Source: Amphiscolops sp. MND2022
Lineage: Eukaryota
Direction of reading: 5' to 3'
DNA length: 64,000 nt
NCBI GenBank assembly: GCA_964187785.1
Contig: OZ076409.1
Span: 10,294,001 to 10,358,000 of the forward strand
Positions 49,721 to 64,000 of this stretch are shown here, piece after piece. The translations under genes were made by a program, and so were the position numbers. The notes below the pieces were generated by a model. The model saw nothing but the letters and a program-made list of their open reading frames with translations, did not search any database and had not been told where the DNA came from. Position 1 is the stretch's first letter; each line of letters opens with the position of its first letter.

Positions 49721-50478
49721 TCACTCCCCAGGCTCCTGGCTTGTCGTCCCTGGCAAGCGGCGTCTGGATCGTCTGGGAACTGCATCACAGTGACTGCTGG
49801 GAACCATCGTCCACACATCGGAGAACAAGGACGAGTCCTTGTTTTTCGGCAACAATTTTGGTCGACTTTGCAGTTTTTCGCGAGAAAAAAAAAAGAACTT
49901 ACTGCCTAGCTATTCGTACAAAACATGAACTAGGTTTTAGCACCAGCTCGAGAGCTACAGTTTTCAGCCGGTTTAAAATTCGTTTGGGCAGTCAACTTGT
50001 GTAGAAACCTTTTTGCGACCAAAGTCAGCTAAAATTTCTTTTCCTTACCATTTGAGACTTCAAGTCTTCATTTCATTTCAGGCGATTAAAAACTTTTTTA
50101 GAGCTTGGGGCCTCTTACGGTGAACAACCAGATTGATGAAGAACACTAGACTAGAAAGAAAGGCAATCAAGAGGGATAAGACTTCTTTTGATTGTGACAA
50201 CTCAAAAACACCGCGAACGGTGCGCAACAAAAATGATAGTTTTTTGAACAATAGTTTTCTTTTCTTTCTGCTTGGTCACTCAAGCCACTGGGGCAGGCGT
50301 ACTCTATTGGCCGTACACCCAGTGCAACACTAATGGTACACTAACTATATAACCATAACTAAGAACAAAAATTGCACTTTGTACTATAGCACCGTTCTGG
50401 ATGAGAAGTTTTGAGGCACTGTTTGTTGGCAGTTTATGAGGGCATAGGGAGCGCGAACGCTCCCATTAACGGCTGGGT

Positions 50479-53400
50479 TTATTGAGCTGAACTGCGTCGG
50501 GTCCGCTCTTTGGCGGCATCATCTAGGTTCTGTTCTGGGTTGTCGGTCGACACTGACGCTCGACGTCGGGGAGAGACTTCTGTGGTAACTGTTTCAGAGT
50601 CCGACGGACTTTCGGGGAGCGACAACTCGGCAATAGGCTGCACTAGTGCTGCATTGGGAGTCAATTCGGCAGTGTGCTCTCCGGACTGTTGCTGCGAGGA
50701 CTGAGGGCTCGTTCGCGACGAAGACGGGCCAACTGGGTCTGGCTCCAAGTTATGGGTTGGAAGGTTAATGGTGATCGGTTGAGAGATGGGCCGATCCAAG
50801 GACATCGCCATCGTTGGTGCGAGCATGGTAGGCGCGAACGCCTGTTGTCTCGCTATCTCGGCTATACCTTCTACCGCTAGTGCTACACGGCGTGAGATCC
50901 ATCCAGATTGGCTCCAGAGCTCGCAAGCTCTCTTCCATTTAGGGAAGCTTGCAATCTCCAACTCCAGACAGTACTCTTCCCATCTCGCTCGTTCTGTTGA
51001 GCCCAACACGGAATTTATCTCATCATGCTGGACGATGGACATATCTCCAGACATGGTCATCTTTCCTGTAGGCTTCCGTGCCGACTTCCTGGGGAATGGA
51101 ATGACGCGGGATTGGAGATTTCTCTGCCTAATCTGAGCAGCGCCTTCAATCCATCCTGGGATCTGGGCTGACTCCAAGTGTTGGATTTGGCGGTTGAACA
51201 CCTCTGGGGCGCGTCCAACGGGTTTTGCCCTGGGCCAACCTAACGGCTCCTTCCAATAGCGGTTTGGGAAGGCGATGCATTTGAAGCAGTATAAAGGATC
51301 CACGGGTGGACCAGCACTAGTGCTGGCGCGAATCGCCTTCCTCACGAACTCTTGACTCCAGGGGAACCTAAAGGGAACCCCTTCCAAACTGAGAGGTGCG
51401 GAAAACCAGTTCACAGGTCCATGCTCTCGGGGTAGGGGACATGCTTTCCTGGTGCGCGCGCGCAGCAAGCCCATCAAGTTCCCCTCCAACTCTCTTTCGG
51501 ATTTTATGGTCGTGTACCCATGCGGCACCTCACCACTCAGCACTGCATGTATTACCCTTGGATACGCCAGTGAAGGACGGCCTCGCGGATAGGTACTGAA
51601 GGAGACCATGAGCACTTGGACGGCTGTTGCCAATGGTTTTGTTGGGTATCGGCACACGCCCACTGCGCCAAAGATAGGGGCCAAGACAGGAGCCATTGCT
51701 GCCACAAAGTCTTCTACTTCAGCCAGGGTGAGATCTGCAATCTGTTGCGGCATGGGGAATCCTGCCGTTTCCCGGGAGATCTGCTGGTCGGAGTTATGTA
51801 GTGGTTGGGATTGGTCTACGCCCACGAATAGGCCGGAGGCGAACACCAGGGTGGAGTATAGCCAGTGCTGGATTGACGCACGCATGCGCTCCAGTTGTGC
51901 GGAATAGTCTTGCTGGTCTTTGGAAGTCATCAAGTGTCCCCAACGGGTCAGACTGCGTAGTTGTCCTTGTGCCAGGCCCAAGTAGCTGTAGAACACGGTG
52001 AGGTCGCAGGCAATTACCATGTCGGCTAACAAGGCCAGTGGTCCGGCTACGAACTTGGTTGGGCCCATCGCTAGCGCGAGCGCTAGTATTTCTCCAACGG
52101 TTGCCTCTCCAATTGTTTCTAACAGCTTGTCCGTTTGCGTAGAGGTCAGCGAGAACTCAGAAGTTAGTACCTCTAGGTTCCATCCCAGACCAAGACTGGT
52201 ACAGAAGGCTTCCAATGGACAATCGAGCTCTCGAGCTACTTCTGCCAGAGTTCTAGTGGCAAACCTAGTCTGGTACCAATAAGCATAAGTTGTGGCTGCG
52301 GCGTGGACTTCTGCTTTCAGATTTGTTGCTTCTATTGCTACGATAACATCGCAGCCCTACAGGCAGCTTCACGGGCTCGATTCCCGAGGCGAAGTGGATC
52401 TGAGGAATTGTTCTCTCGACGGTGCGCGCTGCAGGCCATGCACCAATTTGTTTTGTCAGATCGGCTAACTCTGCGCGCACTGGGATTTCTTTATCTTTTC
52501 GCACTAGCCAATTGTACCGGCTAACAGCCTCTCGTTCGGTTACATTAGATTCTCGGGCAGTGCGGTTGCCGTCAAGGTCAAAGGCCAGTCTGCCCATCCG
52601 CATTCCATAATCATAGAGGATAGCATCGTCAATGGTTAGCTGGGCGTTTCCCGAGCGTTTTATAGCCACAAGCGCTCTAGATACGGCGGCAAAGAAGGCT
52701 GGATACGATATGGTATCTGGGCGCAGGTCCTCTCGGTCCACGCGCAAGTTCGGTGCACAGATGGCGAATTCGACTCTGCGCGCCGTGCACACCTCCAGCA
52801 GAATGTAGACGAACTGCTGCAGACTTCGTGGCCAATACATGAATCCCGGTGGGGGTACAAAGAGCGCGAGCGCTCCCAGACGACCCCGAAGGATCCCTGC
52901 GGCACGTTCCATTGCACCGACCACCTCGTTTACCAGGGCAGCAATGTCTCCAAGTCGTCGGACATTGGACATTATGGCGTCCAGGTCATGCAGCAATCCT
53001 TCGCAAGCCATGTGATCCAGGAGATTGGCGAAGATCACTCGCTGTGGGGGTGGTTCCTTTTGTGATCCTCTTAAGTTTGGATCGTATATGGCTCCGACCA
53101 TCTCAGCGACCTCAGCGAAGCGAGACAGGGGCATAGTTAGCACCAGCACGTCAGGCATTAAATTGTCAATGGGGAGGTCACATCGCCAAGTGGAATCAAC
53201 TGCCATGCAGTAGCGCGCACGCTGCAGAGCTGCTTTCAATAGGGGTTTCAAGGATCTCAGCTTGCGAGCGTAACGGGCGTTCGCCTCCCATGTCTCACCT
53301 TCTCGCAACACATACCGTGCGGGAAATTGCTCAGTGATATTGTGTTGCAGGGGCGCCATGTAATCGTTGGTTGTCATAGGCAGCTGCTCTCGAGCACGCT

Positions 53401-54787
53401 GTTCCCAAGCCTGCTCCGACATGTCTGCGTCACGGGGGCGGAGCAAACGTGTGACTTGCGCCGGTATCGTGGTCCGGTTGATCTCCTTTTGCTCCGTTTC
53501 TGTTGGAGGGGTCCTTTTCTTGATAGCGCATTGACTGGGGTGGAGATGCTCAGCCGCCATCCAAATGCGTTTGCTATCATTGGTGACTACTGAGCCGGAT
53601 ACGTCGTCAGATGGAGGGAGGAAAGCTGGAGGATGGGCTTCCTCCACCGTCTCAGGTATCTCCAGGGACATGTCTATTGGATTGGTGCCCGAGGGCACAG
53701 AGCTCACTTCCGAGCCTGCGTCCGGATCTCCATACTGTTCGATCGCGTCTGCTAAAGACATTTGAGGAGCGCTTCGGCCTAGATGACCTACCCGGTACGG
53801 GGGCATAGGGATAACCACACTCTTCAGCTGGGACCGAGGTACATCAGCGCGCTTGTCGGGAGGGGGACGACTAGTTGGGCTCTCGGTTACCGAGCCAGCT
53901 GGGGTAACTGAGACAGTTTCTTCAGTCAGCTGCTTTCTCCCCGCTTCTTCTCGTGTGCCAGAGGCAGCGCTTGCGCTGTTACTCGGTCCAGCGACAATTT
54001 CCATATCCATAGATGCCGTTTCGACTAGGGGAGCAGGAGGGTCACAGCCCGCGGGCTGAGCAGCAGCTTGCAGATACGTGGGTAATCCAGGGATTCTCTG
54101 CTCCACGGCACGGACGAAATCGGTGGAGTTGGGATAGTTCGCCACCGCTTGCAAAGCCACAATTACGGCCTGTTCGCTGGTACTCCTTCCCATCAGCTCT
54201 GGGTTGGGTATGGGTGGCAACCGGGACCCCGAGGGCTCCCGATCAGAGACTGGTGCATTAGTAGTGGTTTGCAGTACCATATGTGGCGCTCGATATGAGG
54301 TCCCAAAGGCAGGCGAACCGGAATAAGTTGGCGTCATTGGTACTGGATTTGGCGCTGGTGGGGGCAGTGCGACGATCTGAGGAGGAGGCATTGTTGCTAC
54401 GCTGGCAGGCACCATACACAGTGAGGCTTCTTGCTCGAATCTCGTGCCTTGGCTGGGTCCGAGCATTGTGGTGGACCGTTCATCCAGGAACTGGTGCGTC
54501 AGATCGTGGCCATCCCACGCATTGTTTTGGCAGGTTAGGGTGCGACGGTAACCGGCTACTTCCGTCACCAGAGACACGGATACGCCAGGCAGCGTCTGCA
54601 TTGTGTCTAGTTGGGTAAGTAGGGCGGCCACGCCCGGTACCGCTAACGGTGAGAGGCCGTTCCTCAATCTCTCTTCAACGTATTGGACTTGGTTAGTCCT
54701 CTGCGCTCGCGCAGGCAATTCTTGGGTCCTATTGGCATGAGGTCCCGTCGTGGAAATAGGTACCGTGTTGTTGGGGTAATAAGCCAT
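50479..54787 (-). pseudogene. ORF3 of the sister element (~1,435 aa, one frameshift near 52340)
   Basis: The 840-aa and 578-aa ORFs align end to end with the + element ORF3 (MAY.., G.DLTH.FLD.RS, SEQAVI.ALQAVANYP, SPTSRPPPDKR, PNRYWKEP, SGEHTAELTPNAAL). Confidence 0.88.
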
Positions 54788-55064
54788 AATATCATAGGTC
54801 TAAAAAGGATTACCGTTAGGCTTACTCAGTGCATTGTGGGGAGAGCTTAAGGCTCATCACTCAGCAGCAAAGATGGTTCCATAGGGGAACCGCAACAAGT
54901 TTAAATTGTAGTTCGACTAACTAATTAGAACACAAAGATAGAAGTTATCTAACGCTACGTTACAATGTAATCATTTCATGGGATAGTTTAAGACTTCCTC
55001 CCAGGCATGACGATTATCGGGTGGGTAAATTGAATAAGGGGGCAACAAAAATGTTTTAGGTGGG

Positions 55065-58000
55065 CTACTCCAGCCCTATGTTCAGAATGGACACATACAC
55101 GCGGTTATGCAACACCACGTGAACACCGGTCCTCTCCAGCAAATTCGTTAGGGTATGGTATAAGTTTACCAGTGAGAGGGCGGGTCGCTCTGGATCCAGT
55201 ATAGGTAGGTGGACCCTCGTGGATCCCTTCTCCATCAAACGCTGTATCAAGTGCGTCATACAACGTAGGTAGTCGTCTGCGAGCAGCGGCGCACGCTGGT
55301 TTGCTCTGATTATTAACAAGTGAATACTCTGATTGGGGTTTGGGGGTTTTTGATATCGGGAGGAATGGTGAGAATCTCCCCCACCTTAGGACGTAAGGAG
55401 AACACATTCTCCTTGCCGCATTCTCGTAGCACGTACCGTAGGGCAGCTGAGTTGGTCTCTAGGTCAGCGGGACACGCCAACACTATGTCACCTTTTACTT
55501 GAAGAAAATCAGTCACATCATATGAGAGGTGTTCTGTTGGGGCTGGATGCAGGATTCCCGGGTAGATGATCTCTATCCCCGGCCCATTGTCGGCAGGCAA
55601 GCATACGCGGGGCGTACGCCCCTGGATTGCAGCCAGGTCTTGCCATACCGAGCGTGGCATCGCTCGGTTATCACTGCTCGCCCTAACCCATGTGTCTAGG
55701 GTGCTCAAAACGGCTTTCGGAGGAAGCGGAATCTCGAAAGTATGAGTCCACTCATCCAGCAATCTAATGCGAGGATAATTGGAGAAACAAGTGATGATCA
55801 GCTCCAACCACCACGCAAATTTTACTTTGCCACGATACCAGTCTATGATGTGAAAGCAAAGTATCAAGTCCGCGGTAGTGAGGGTCCTCAGACCTTCCAA
55901 GCAGGACAGCAGGTGCAATGGTTCCACTATTGTCTCCACTCGTGGAGCAGTGACCAGCAACCACCAGTGCGGCGCTGGGCTGTATACTCCGCCCGGATCC
56001 ACGTGAATTCCGTATTTGTCACAGAGAAGATCAGCGGTGATGCATCGGACCATTTGCACAGGCTCCCGCTCGAAGTTGAAGGGGCCAAAAGCAATATTGC
56101 TGGGTACTGGGGGCATCACCGTCGCGAGGGTGAACTCTAACCCTTTTCCATCGCTAGTCCACACCTTGAATCGAGGACATGGGGCCTTCGCTACTCCAGG
56201 TAGTGATAACTTCTCCAGGATAGTATCCACGGGATGGTCTCCGTGTCGTTCCAGGGAGGAAAAAGTCTTTTCAGCTCTCACCGTAAGGCGATGTACTAGA
56301 TTTTCTCCCCGCTCTGGAGGGACTCCCCGGGCTCCAGTGGGAACCCTCCGGTTCTCATTGACGGCTAGCAAGCAAACACAGTCTCGCAGCCCACAGGTCC
56401 CGCACTTATAGCGTGGCTGCCGTCTGCTTCTCAGTTGATATCGGGGGACCTCGGAAGCCTCGGTCGGTATTGCTGTTTCCGACGGCATTGTTGTTGTAGT
56501 TTCTTTCTTCCTCGTTCTTGCCTTCGCTCTGACCAGCCTTTTTCGCGTTTTGGGTGGTCTCCCCCTCCCCCTTTTGAAAGAAGGAGCGGTCCCCGCTCCG
56601 GGCAATGTTGTGGGAAGAGTAGGGACATTGGACTGAGCGTCGTCATCCTCAGTGGCGGATTTTAGAGGAAGGGAAAGCGCGGCCGGCCAAATGGGATAGT
56701 TGTTGAGGAAACTCGTCAGTGATGGATTTGTCAGTAGTGGGGCCGATGTGCCCAGTAAGGAGGGCTGTCTTTCGGGAGAGGATATCCGTGGTGACGGAGA
56801 GCGCGCGCGCTCATGGTCGGAGAATAGTTGAGGCAGATGATGGGCAGGTGATATTGATTGGTCTGAAGGGAGTTGGGGTTCGGGCTCCCTGCGATCGGCA
56901 TCAACGGGATCAGGAGGTACCGGTAGCACGACTTCGGACAACTCGTCGTCAGTGCCCGAAGTTGAGTAGTCGAATTGCTGGTAGTGCATGCGGGAACCTC
57001 CAGCACGTAACTTTGTGCGCAGACGGGTATCCATCCAATGTTGCTTGCGCGAAGGCAAGGATACGTCAGATGCTTCTGAAAGTAGTTGTTCAGTTTTATA
57101 TGAAGGCTGGGACTTATCGTCGTCAACTGCTTCAACAGAACATTCAGGGTCAGGGTCCATGAGTACCACTATTTCGCCGCTGTCCGCTTGCGCGGTGGCG
57201 AGCTCAAGGGGCCCACTATTATGAGGTTTCAGGCGCTCAAAATGAACCTTTTGGCCTGTGTCCAATACGTAGACACGTCCTTCTTGAAAAACTTGCACTA
57301 TTTTGTGCGGGCCACGCCAGGCGCGCATCAATTTTGGAGAGCCTTTTTGCGGCACGTAGCGGCAAAAAACCCAGACGAGCTCTCCCGGCTGGTAAGCTCG
57401 TGCTCGGATAGCACGATCATATCTCAGTTTTTGGCGCAATTGGGCTTGGTGCGTGTTGCGCCGGACCAAGTCGTGAATTTCTTGTTGGCGAGCCAACACA
57501 TGATCCACGTATGCTTCATGCGTATCGAAGGACTTGGCTGCAAATTCAGGGTATAAAAAGGTGAGGGGAATTGCTTTCTCAACACCCCTTGTTAACATAT
57601 AGGGCGAGAAGCCTGTAGTGGCGTGCCTGGTGGAATTATAGGCACCGATCACTTCATCTAAGCACTGGTCCCAGTCGCGCATGCGACGTGAGCAAAAGGT
57701 TAAGAGGGTACGGTTTTGCCGTTCCACCAAGCCTTGAGTTCGTGGATGTCCGGCAGTGGAGGTCACCTTAGTGACGTGAGCTGCCTTTAGAAACTCATTA
57801 GAGACTTCAGCAGTAAGGTTGGGGGCATTGTCTGATTGCATGCGAGTGGGGCAAATGGCGGGCCAACCATTTCTGCAGCAGCAATCGTGAGGTAGTCACT
57901 GCGTCATAGTCATGATGACTACAAGGGACTGCCTCTGCAAATTTAGAGAAATGGTCGATGATGACCAAAATGCCAGTGTTGTTGTTATCAGAGGGGCAGA

Positions 58001-61000
58001 TTTTTAAGTGGTCATATTGGACCAACTCGTTGAAGTAGCCACTCTGAATATTTTTCAACTGGAATCGTACGTCACCAGGCTTGTCACGTACTTGTTGGCA
58101 GGTGAGGCATTGGCCGACGTATCGACCGACACTGCGCCTTATGCCGGGCCAAGTGTGGCGCTCTTGAATTCGAGCTACCACTTTTGAGATACCTTGGTGT
58201 CCCATTGCGTCGTGCGCGCGGAACAGAATCTCGTGCTGGTACAGTTGAGGCATTATGATCATGCACGGACGTTCGTGCAGTGGGCGTTGGGTGGGGGAGT
58301 ACTGCACGCAAAGGACATGATTCTTGTTTATGAACAAGAGATCCTTTTTCTGGCGGAAGTAATTACGTGCGAACACACGCACGTTCTCGGGAAACACGTC
58401 GTTATCTAGGGATTCACACTGCACGAGCTTTTTCAGTGCTAGCACGTGGACATCGCGGTTTTGGGCTAAAACCAAGTCCTTGATCCCATGCACGGTATGT
58501 GTGTGTTCACGGAGCTCGGTGTCGATGTTCTTGAGGGCCATGATCGATTCGCGCACGCCACCAGGTGAGTTCTGTAGCATGGCTTTACTCGTTCCCGTCA
58601 CGGAATAGATGGTGTGCGAGGGGACATTTACTGCATGTGTTGGCAGCAGGTAATCCTCGCTGGCCTCAGTGGTGACATCTATCCAGTCTTCAGGATAGTC
58701 TGGGTAGAAGTCTTCGTGTTTTTGCAGTACGGGTGGAGGCTGAGGCGGTAAAGGCGCGGCTAGCGCCTTTGCCTGTCGTTCTCGCTTGTTCGCTCGTTGC
58801 ACACGGCGAAGCACACGGAGTGCCTGGTCAGGAGCCTTAGGCTCCAAGTTCTGCAGATGCGGTGGTAGGTCAGGATGATTTGGAATGATTCGACCTTGCA
58901 GGTCGAACCATGGGGCTATGGGGAGGTTGTCGAATTCCTCGGCTGAGAGGAAGTTCCAACGCTCTCCAGTAGCTGGCAGCTGCGCAAGCTGCTGTTCTCG
59001 GCATCGATACTCGTTGGTTCGTTTGCTCAAGCCATCAGCATTGCGGTGCTGCGTTCGTGGTCTATGTTCCACGCGAAAGTGATACCTGACCAGTGTCATA
59101 ATCCAACGTCCAATCAATGCTTGGTCCGTGGAGTAGGTTTTCAACCAAGATAGGGCTTGGTTGTCGACTCGCAGAGTGAACTTGCGGGCACAAAGGTAGC
59201 TGTGGTACTTGAGGATGAAGTAGTAGGCAGCAAACATCTCCAGCTTGGGTGCCCCATATTTGGCTTGGGTGGTGGTCAGTTTCTTGCTGCCGTATATGAT
59301 TGGTCGTAGGCGTCGCTCTCCGGGAGCTCCTTGCCATTGGTGTAGGATACCGGAAATGGCAACAGCGCTGGCATCGGTGTCCAGCACAAACTCTCCTTCA
59401 GAATCAGGCTGCGCGAGCGCAGTCGCCTCGATCAATGCTGTCTTGATTTCGTTGAAGGCTTTTTGTTGGTCAGGACCCCATGCGAACGTGGCATTCAGTC
59501 CCGTAACGGCGTGGAGGGGGGCCACCAGCTTGGCATGCCACGGGATGAATTCACGATAATAATTAGCGAATCCCAGGAAGCTTTGCATTTCAGTTTTGTT
59601 GCGGGGGATGTCCCAATCGCGCAGTTTGGCAACAGTTTCGGGTCCGGTTTGACACCTTCTGCTGAGACCACGCGTCCCAGATATTTGATTTCTGGTTTCA
59701 TGAAATCGCATTTGACTACGCGCATCTTGAAGCCAGCTTCGCGGAGGCATTCAAAAACCTCGCGCAAACGCGCCATGTGATCTTCCACAGTCTCAGTTGC
59801 TATAACTATGTCGTCGATGTATGCCATGACCATGCTGCCTTTGCGATTGACTATTTTTTGCAGCGCTCGCGCTACTGCTCGCTGGAAAGTGGCTGATGCA
59901 TTGCACAAGCCAAATGGCATTCTTCGCCATTCAAAGAGTCCCAACTCACAGGCACAGGCTGTTTTGTGGCGGTCCGCCTTTCGCAAGGGAATTTGCCAGA
60001 AAGCCCAGGCAAGGTCTATGCTGGTGTAGATCTTTGCATTGCCCAGTCGCGCCAGGCTTTCATCGATACGGGGCAGGGGATAGGCATCCTTAATGGTTAC
60101 TTCATTCAGCGGTCGGAAGTCACAGCAAAAGCGTAACTCCCCGCTTTTCTTTTTTACCATTACGATACCGCTTGCCCATGGGGACAGTGAAGGTTGTATC
60201 ATCCCTAAGGCCGATAAGCTCCGAACCTCCTGGTTGGCTCGTTCAGCCTTTTCGGGGGACATTCTCCGAGCACCTTCACGGTGCGGTACAGCCTCAGGCT
60301 CTACCTCTATGGTGTGTTTAGCAATGGTACAGCGGCCAATATCCGCCTTGCGTTTCATGAACAGGTCATCAAACTCGTTAAGAATGTTGTCTAAGGACTC
60401 GCAGGCGCTAGCGCCCCAGAGTTTCTTGACTTCTTGCAATTGAGAATCGGGCCCAGGGATCGGGGCCAATAGGTCGGGATCGGTGCGCTTGCGAATCTCG
60501 CGCTCCGAAAGCCCCGCTTGACTTGGATCCGTAGAAGACAAAAACTCAAATTCAGATGAAGAGGTTAACTCAGAAGCAGTAGATAGATTCATTTCACTGT
60601 ACACTTTATAAACAAAATTTGCTCGACTGTCGTCGGCTTCAGTTTTATGGTCAGTTTCCGCAGTAGCATCCAGCTTTTTGGGCACAGCCTGGTATACTAG
60701 AGACACAGGCACTACCGTGCCTAGGTGGGCACCACATCGTACACGCTGCTGGTTGCTGGTGAGGTTTACCAGACTCACATACAGTGTTCCTGTCTCACTG
60801 ACAGTGGCCACGCTGTCCTCTAAAAAGATGGCATTTTGCAATAAGGGATCAGACAACGAGGCGTTAAGCGCCACGGTCTGGAAGATTAATGGTTCAAGCG
60901 CGTTGGTGACAAGTTTGGCCTTTGCCACTGTACGCTCGAAAGGCTGTAGGACTAAGTCACTGTCCAGAGCAATGGGAGTAGTTAGCGAAGCATCACCTAC

Positions 61001-64000
61001 CTGGGTGTGTGCATGATGCCAGACGGGCTTCACTGGTGCTCGCACCACTATCTTCATGGAGGATAGATCTACCAAGACTTGGTAGGAACGGAGGAAGTTT
61101 CGACCCAACAGAAAGTCCTCCACGCCCATTGCGTCATCTACCACGACGAAATTGGTTTCGAGTTCATACCCTCCCAACTGGAAGCGTATCTGCTCAGCCA
61201 GCCCGAAAGTCTTTATTGTCTTCTCATTGGCAGCGTACAAATCAATTTGATAGGGTTTCAGGACCGCTCCGGTCCGTGCAGCTACCCGGTTGAAGGCGGA
61301 GAAGGTTAGTATGGATACTCCAGAACCAGTGTCCACCAGGCCTCGCAGTGGGATAGGTGCCGCATGTGGCACCACAAAGGAGACAACGAGCGACGCACGC
61401 TCATCTATTCGCGCTTCCCCGGTGGGTTCTTGGTGGTTGATATTATAGCATTTCAGCTCTTGAGGTCCCAAGCATAAGCCGGGTGGGAATACATCTACCA
61501 TCACACAGGCCTCGAACTTCACGTCCACGCCGTCCATCGTTGCACAGACTGGTACTGGCGAGTACGTAGTCAGGGTCTCCGACTCTCCGGGGACGTGCCA
61601 CTGTTTTGGGCGGGGCAATTCCATCCGGTTATAGAGGACAGATAGCTCAACCCAGAGTTTTGCCAAAGTTAACGTTGGTCTGCGCACCTGCTCGGCTGCC
61701 AGCATAAGATGAATCGAGATCAACGTCCTCCCTTGTGGATCGAACGTTGTGGGCTCCAAGCACGTCTGAATCTGCTTTGTCCCACATGTAACTATCAGTG
61801 GGGGGTGAAACGCTGGGGGCTCCGCTGGGTGAAGCATTAATACGCGATCATCTTCCAGGGGTACCGTGTGGGCGGCCACACCAGCGGATTCCACTTCAGC
61901 CCAACGATTGTAGGCCAATTCATCATTAGGCCTCGGAGCTTGAGAATGCTCACCACAGGGGACATCCACATGGTCATAGACTCCACAGTGCGCACACTGA
62001 TGAATGCTTGGATAGCTCTCCAACACGCCATCAGTTACGTCTTCAGCAGTGACTTTCACGCCTTCTGGTTCAGGAGCTGCCACTGTTTTGCGAACTTGAT
62101 CGCGGGCGGGACAGTCCCGGGCAAAATGCCCAGCTTGACCGCAATTATAGCGCGCGCCAACGGGTAGGCGTGCCGCAGGCTGCACTGTTGCTTGATTGGG
62201 GGGAGCATTACTCGCAGGTGGGGGAGGCATTACTCCTTGTGGTAACACCATTTTGTTGGGGGGTAGTGGCGCGAAGGGATGAGGTCGAGACCTCATTGCT
62301 AGTCTGGGGTCATAGGGTTGAGGGAATTGGTTAGGTTTTGGACGGTTGCGCTGCAATTGGCGGGTGGTGAAGCGGAGGGATTCCACCGTAGGTGGCTCGG
62401 TGAGGAAGACTTCCGATGCATACACTATGGCCAGCTCCCGCCTCAGCGCTGGGTCTCGTACACCTTCCATGAAGCGCTGGAGGATTTCATATCGCTTGGT
62501 GGTGATTGCCTCTTGTGGGAATCCTTGACTCCGAAGACCCTCTAGAGCGTCTAAATACTGCATCCAGTCTTCTTTCTCTTGTTGAATGCGGCTTTGGAAA
62601 GCTTGTCGCACTTGCATACGGTTTCCTCCAGCGCCAAAGCGGCTGGATAACAATTCGAACACCTTTTCGGGGGTGTCACGTTCGGATTCCGCTTTGTTGA
62701 TAATTTAGTTGCGGGCTTCACCTTCAAGGTGACCGATGATGCTCCAAGCCTGGTCCTCGGCTGAGACCTTGGCTTGTGTTCTCTTCAGGTATCTCTGCAT
62801 AATAAGGATCCACCCATCAATGGATCCTTCTTTGGACCCGCGATATACATTGGGCCTCGCCTGAGCCAAGTCTCTGCCGGCGAGTAAGGGCGCTAACTCT
62901 TTGGAAATCGCCTTTGATATGGCGGCCGTGAATCTCAGCTGCTCGGGGGATATGGCTTCTCCTTCATCAGCCTTGGCCTCCCCTTCGCGTGTCCTGTCAT
63001 GACTACCAAGAGTGGCTTGTATCGACAGGTCAGCGATTTCGTCCTTTTTACGAGTGCTGCTAGCACAGGGAGTGCCCGAGGGCAGTCCATGTTCGGCTGA
63101 CAAGTCTGCGGTCCAGTATAAAGAATCTGGTCCTGACATCGAAATAGGGGCAGTTGCAAACGTTGCTCCCTCGGTTTGAGAGCCTAGGGTTGCTTTGGTG
63201 TTAGATAGGTCGACTTCGACCGAGGAATCTAGATAGATGGTCGACATCGGGTCCACGCCTTGATCTCGAGTGGTACTCTGGGTTGCAGAAGGCATCGATG
63301 ATTCTGCTGAGTCGTGATGTCCCCTCATCTGCACTCGTGCAGGCTTGCGCTCTGCTTCAGGCGTGGCCATCACCAAATTTCCGGCTACTCCTTCATCTTT
63401 CGGGGCGCAGGCACCGCCGGCCTGGAAGTGCTAGGCTTTAGCGCGCTCGGCAGTTCCGACTTCACTACCTGGCTCGGGCACGTCGGCTCCGAGATACGGA
63501 CTGGACCTCCATTCCGCACGCCTCCACTTGTACTGGGCTGCCGCGGGAGCGACCTCTCACGCCTCATGACATCAATGGCATTGAGTACCGTGTGCATCTG
63601 ATTGCTTAAGTCGTTGATCTGCGTTTCCACGCGCAGCTCACGAGACATCAACGTGTCATTCATCTCTCCTATCCGGTGACCCAATGTGTCCACTCGAGCA
63701 TTTTGCACATTCTGCGCGGTGCGCAATTGATCACTGACCTGCAGGCCTTCACGCATCGTCGTCTGCATCACTTTAATGTTCTCTACGATAGCAAGGTGTT
63801 GCTCATTGCATTCAGCACGAGTGCTGGCCAGACCTGCTAGGGCCCGTTGGGTTTCGGCTTGGGCATCCAATAGTGCTGCCTTGTATACTGAGGACCGTTG
63901 CGATGAGGCCAATGAGCCTGTCATACTCCTGACACGGGATGCCTCTTGACGTGGCTCGCCTACCTGTAGTAGAGGTGGTCGTACCTTCTTGTGCTTCCCG
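55065..64000 (-). pseudogene. gag-pol: Gag-Pol of the sister element, with few lesions
   Basis: ORFs of 179, 223, 1055, 647, 842 and 84 aa tile gag, PR, RT, RH, IN and the C-terminal extension. Confidence 0.93.

Larger units (their letters stand above)
48977..64000 (-). mobile_element. Sister giant gypsy-type element; 5' end lies beyond the window
   Basis: Same gene order as the 25952-44850 element, with clear protein similarity throughout; 3' LTR and PPT are present. Confidence 0.95.

Noticed and set aside
29857..63601. Many short antisense and alternate-frame ORFs over the two giant elements
   Set aside because: Expected shadows of long, moderately GC-rich coding regions.

Overview
Eukaryotic (invertebrate-like) DNA made up mostly of retroelements; no prokaryotic features are seen. 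(1) 1-10.4 kb: a decayed Ty3/gypsy-type element (+) with gag, pol and an env-like gene whose motifs match class III (herpes gB / chuvirus G-like) fusion proteins. (2) 10.4-13.3 kb: the 5' half of a BEL/Pao element (-), with a tRNA-Trp PBS and a tRNA-like segment in its LTR. (3) 13.3-16.65 kb: the env/3' fragment of a second, diverged env-bearing element (-). (4) 16.7-25.9 kb: two complementary halves of a PAN + C-type lectin gene in swapped order, plus small non-autonomous elements. (5) 25,952-44,850: a near-complete ~18.9 kb gypsy-type element. Its gag-pol has a pseudo-protease/protease pair and, after integrase, an AT-hook, a Cys cluster and two TARG1/OARD1-like macrodomain-like units. A separate ~1,420 aa ORF3 carries an SGNH-hydrolase-like domain. 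(6) An intact, intronless PAN-CTLD lectin gene and a decayed Tc1/mariner element. (7) 48,977 to the end: a diverged sister of the giant element (-) with the same architecture. The best candidate for an undescribed system is the giant LTR family with macrodomain-like and SGNH-like cargo; second is the gypsy lineage with a class III env. All domain calls are by-eye motif recognition, not database searches.
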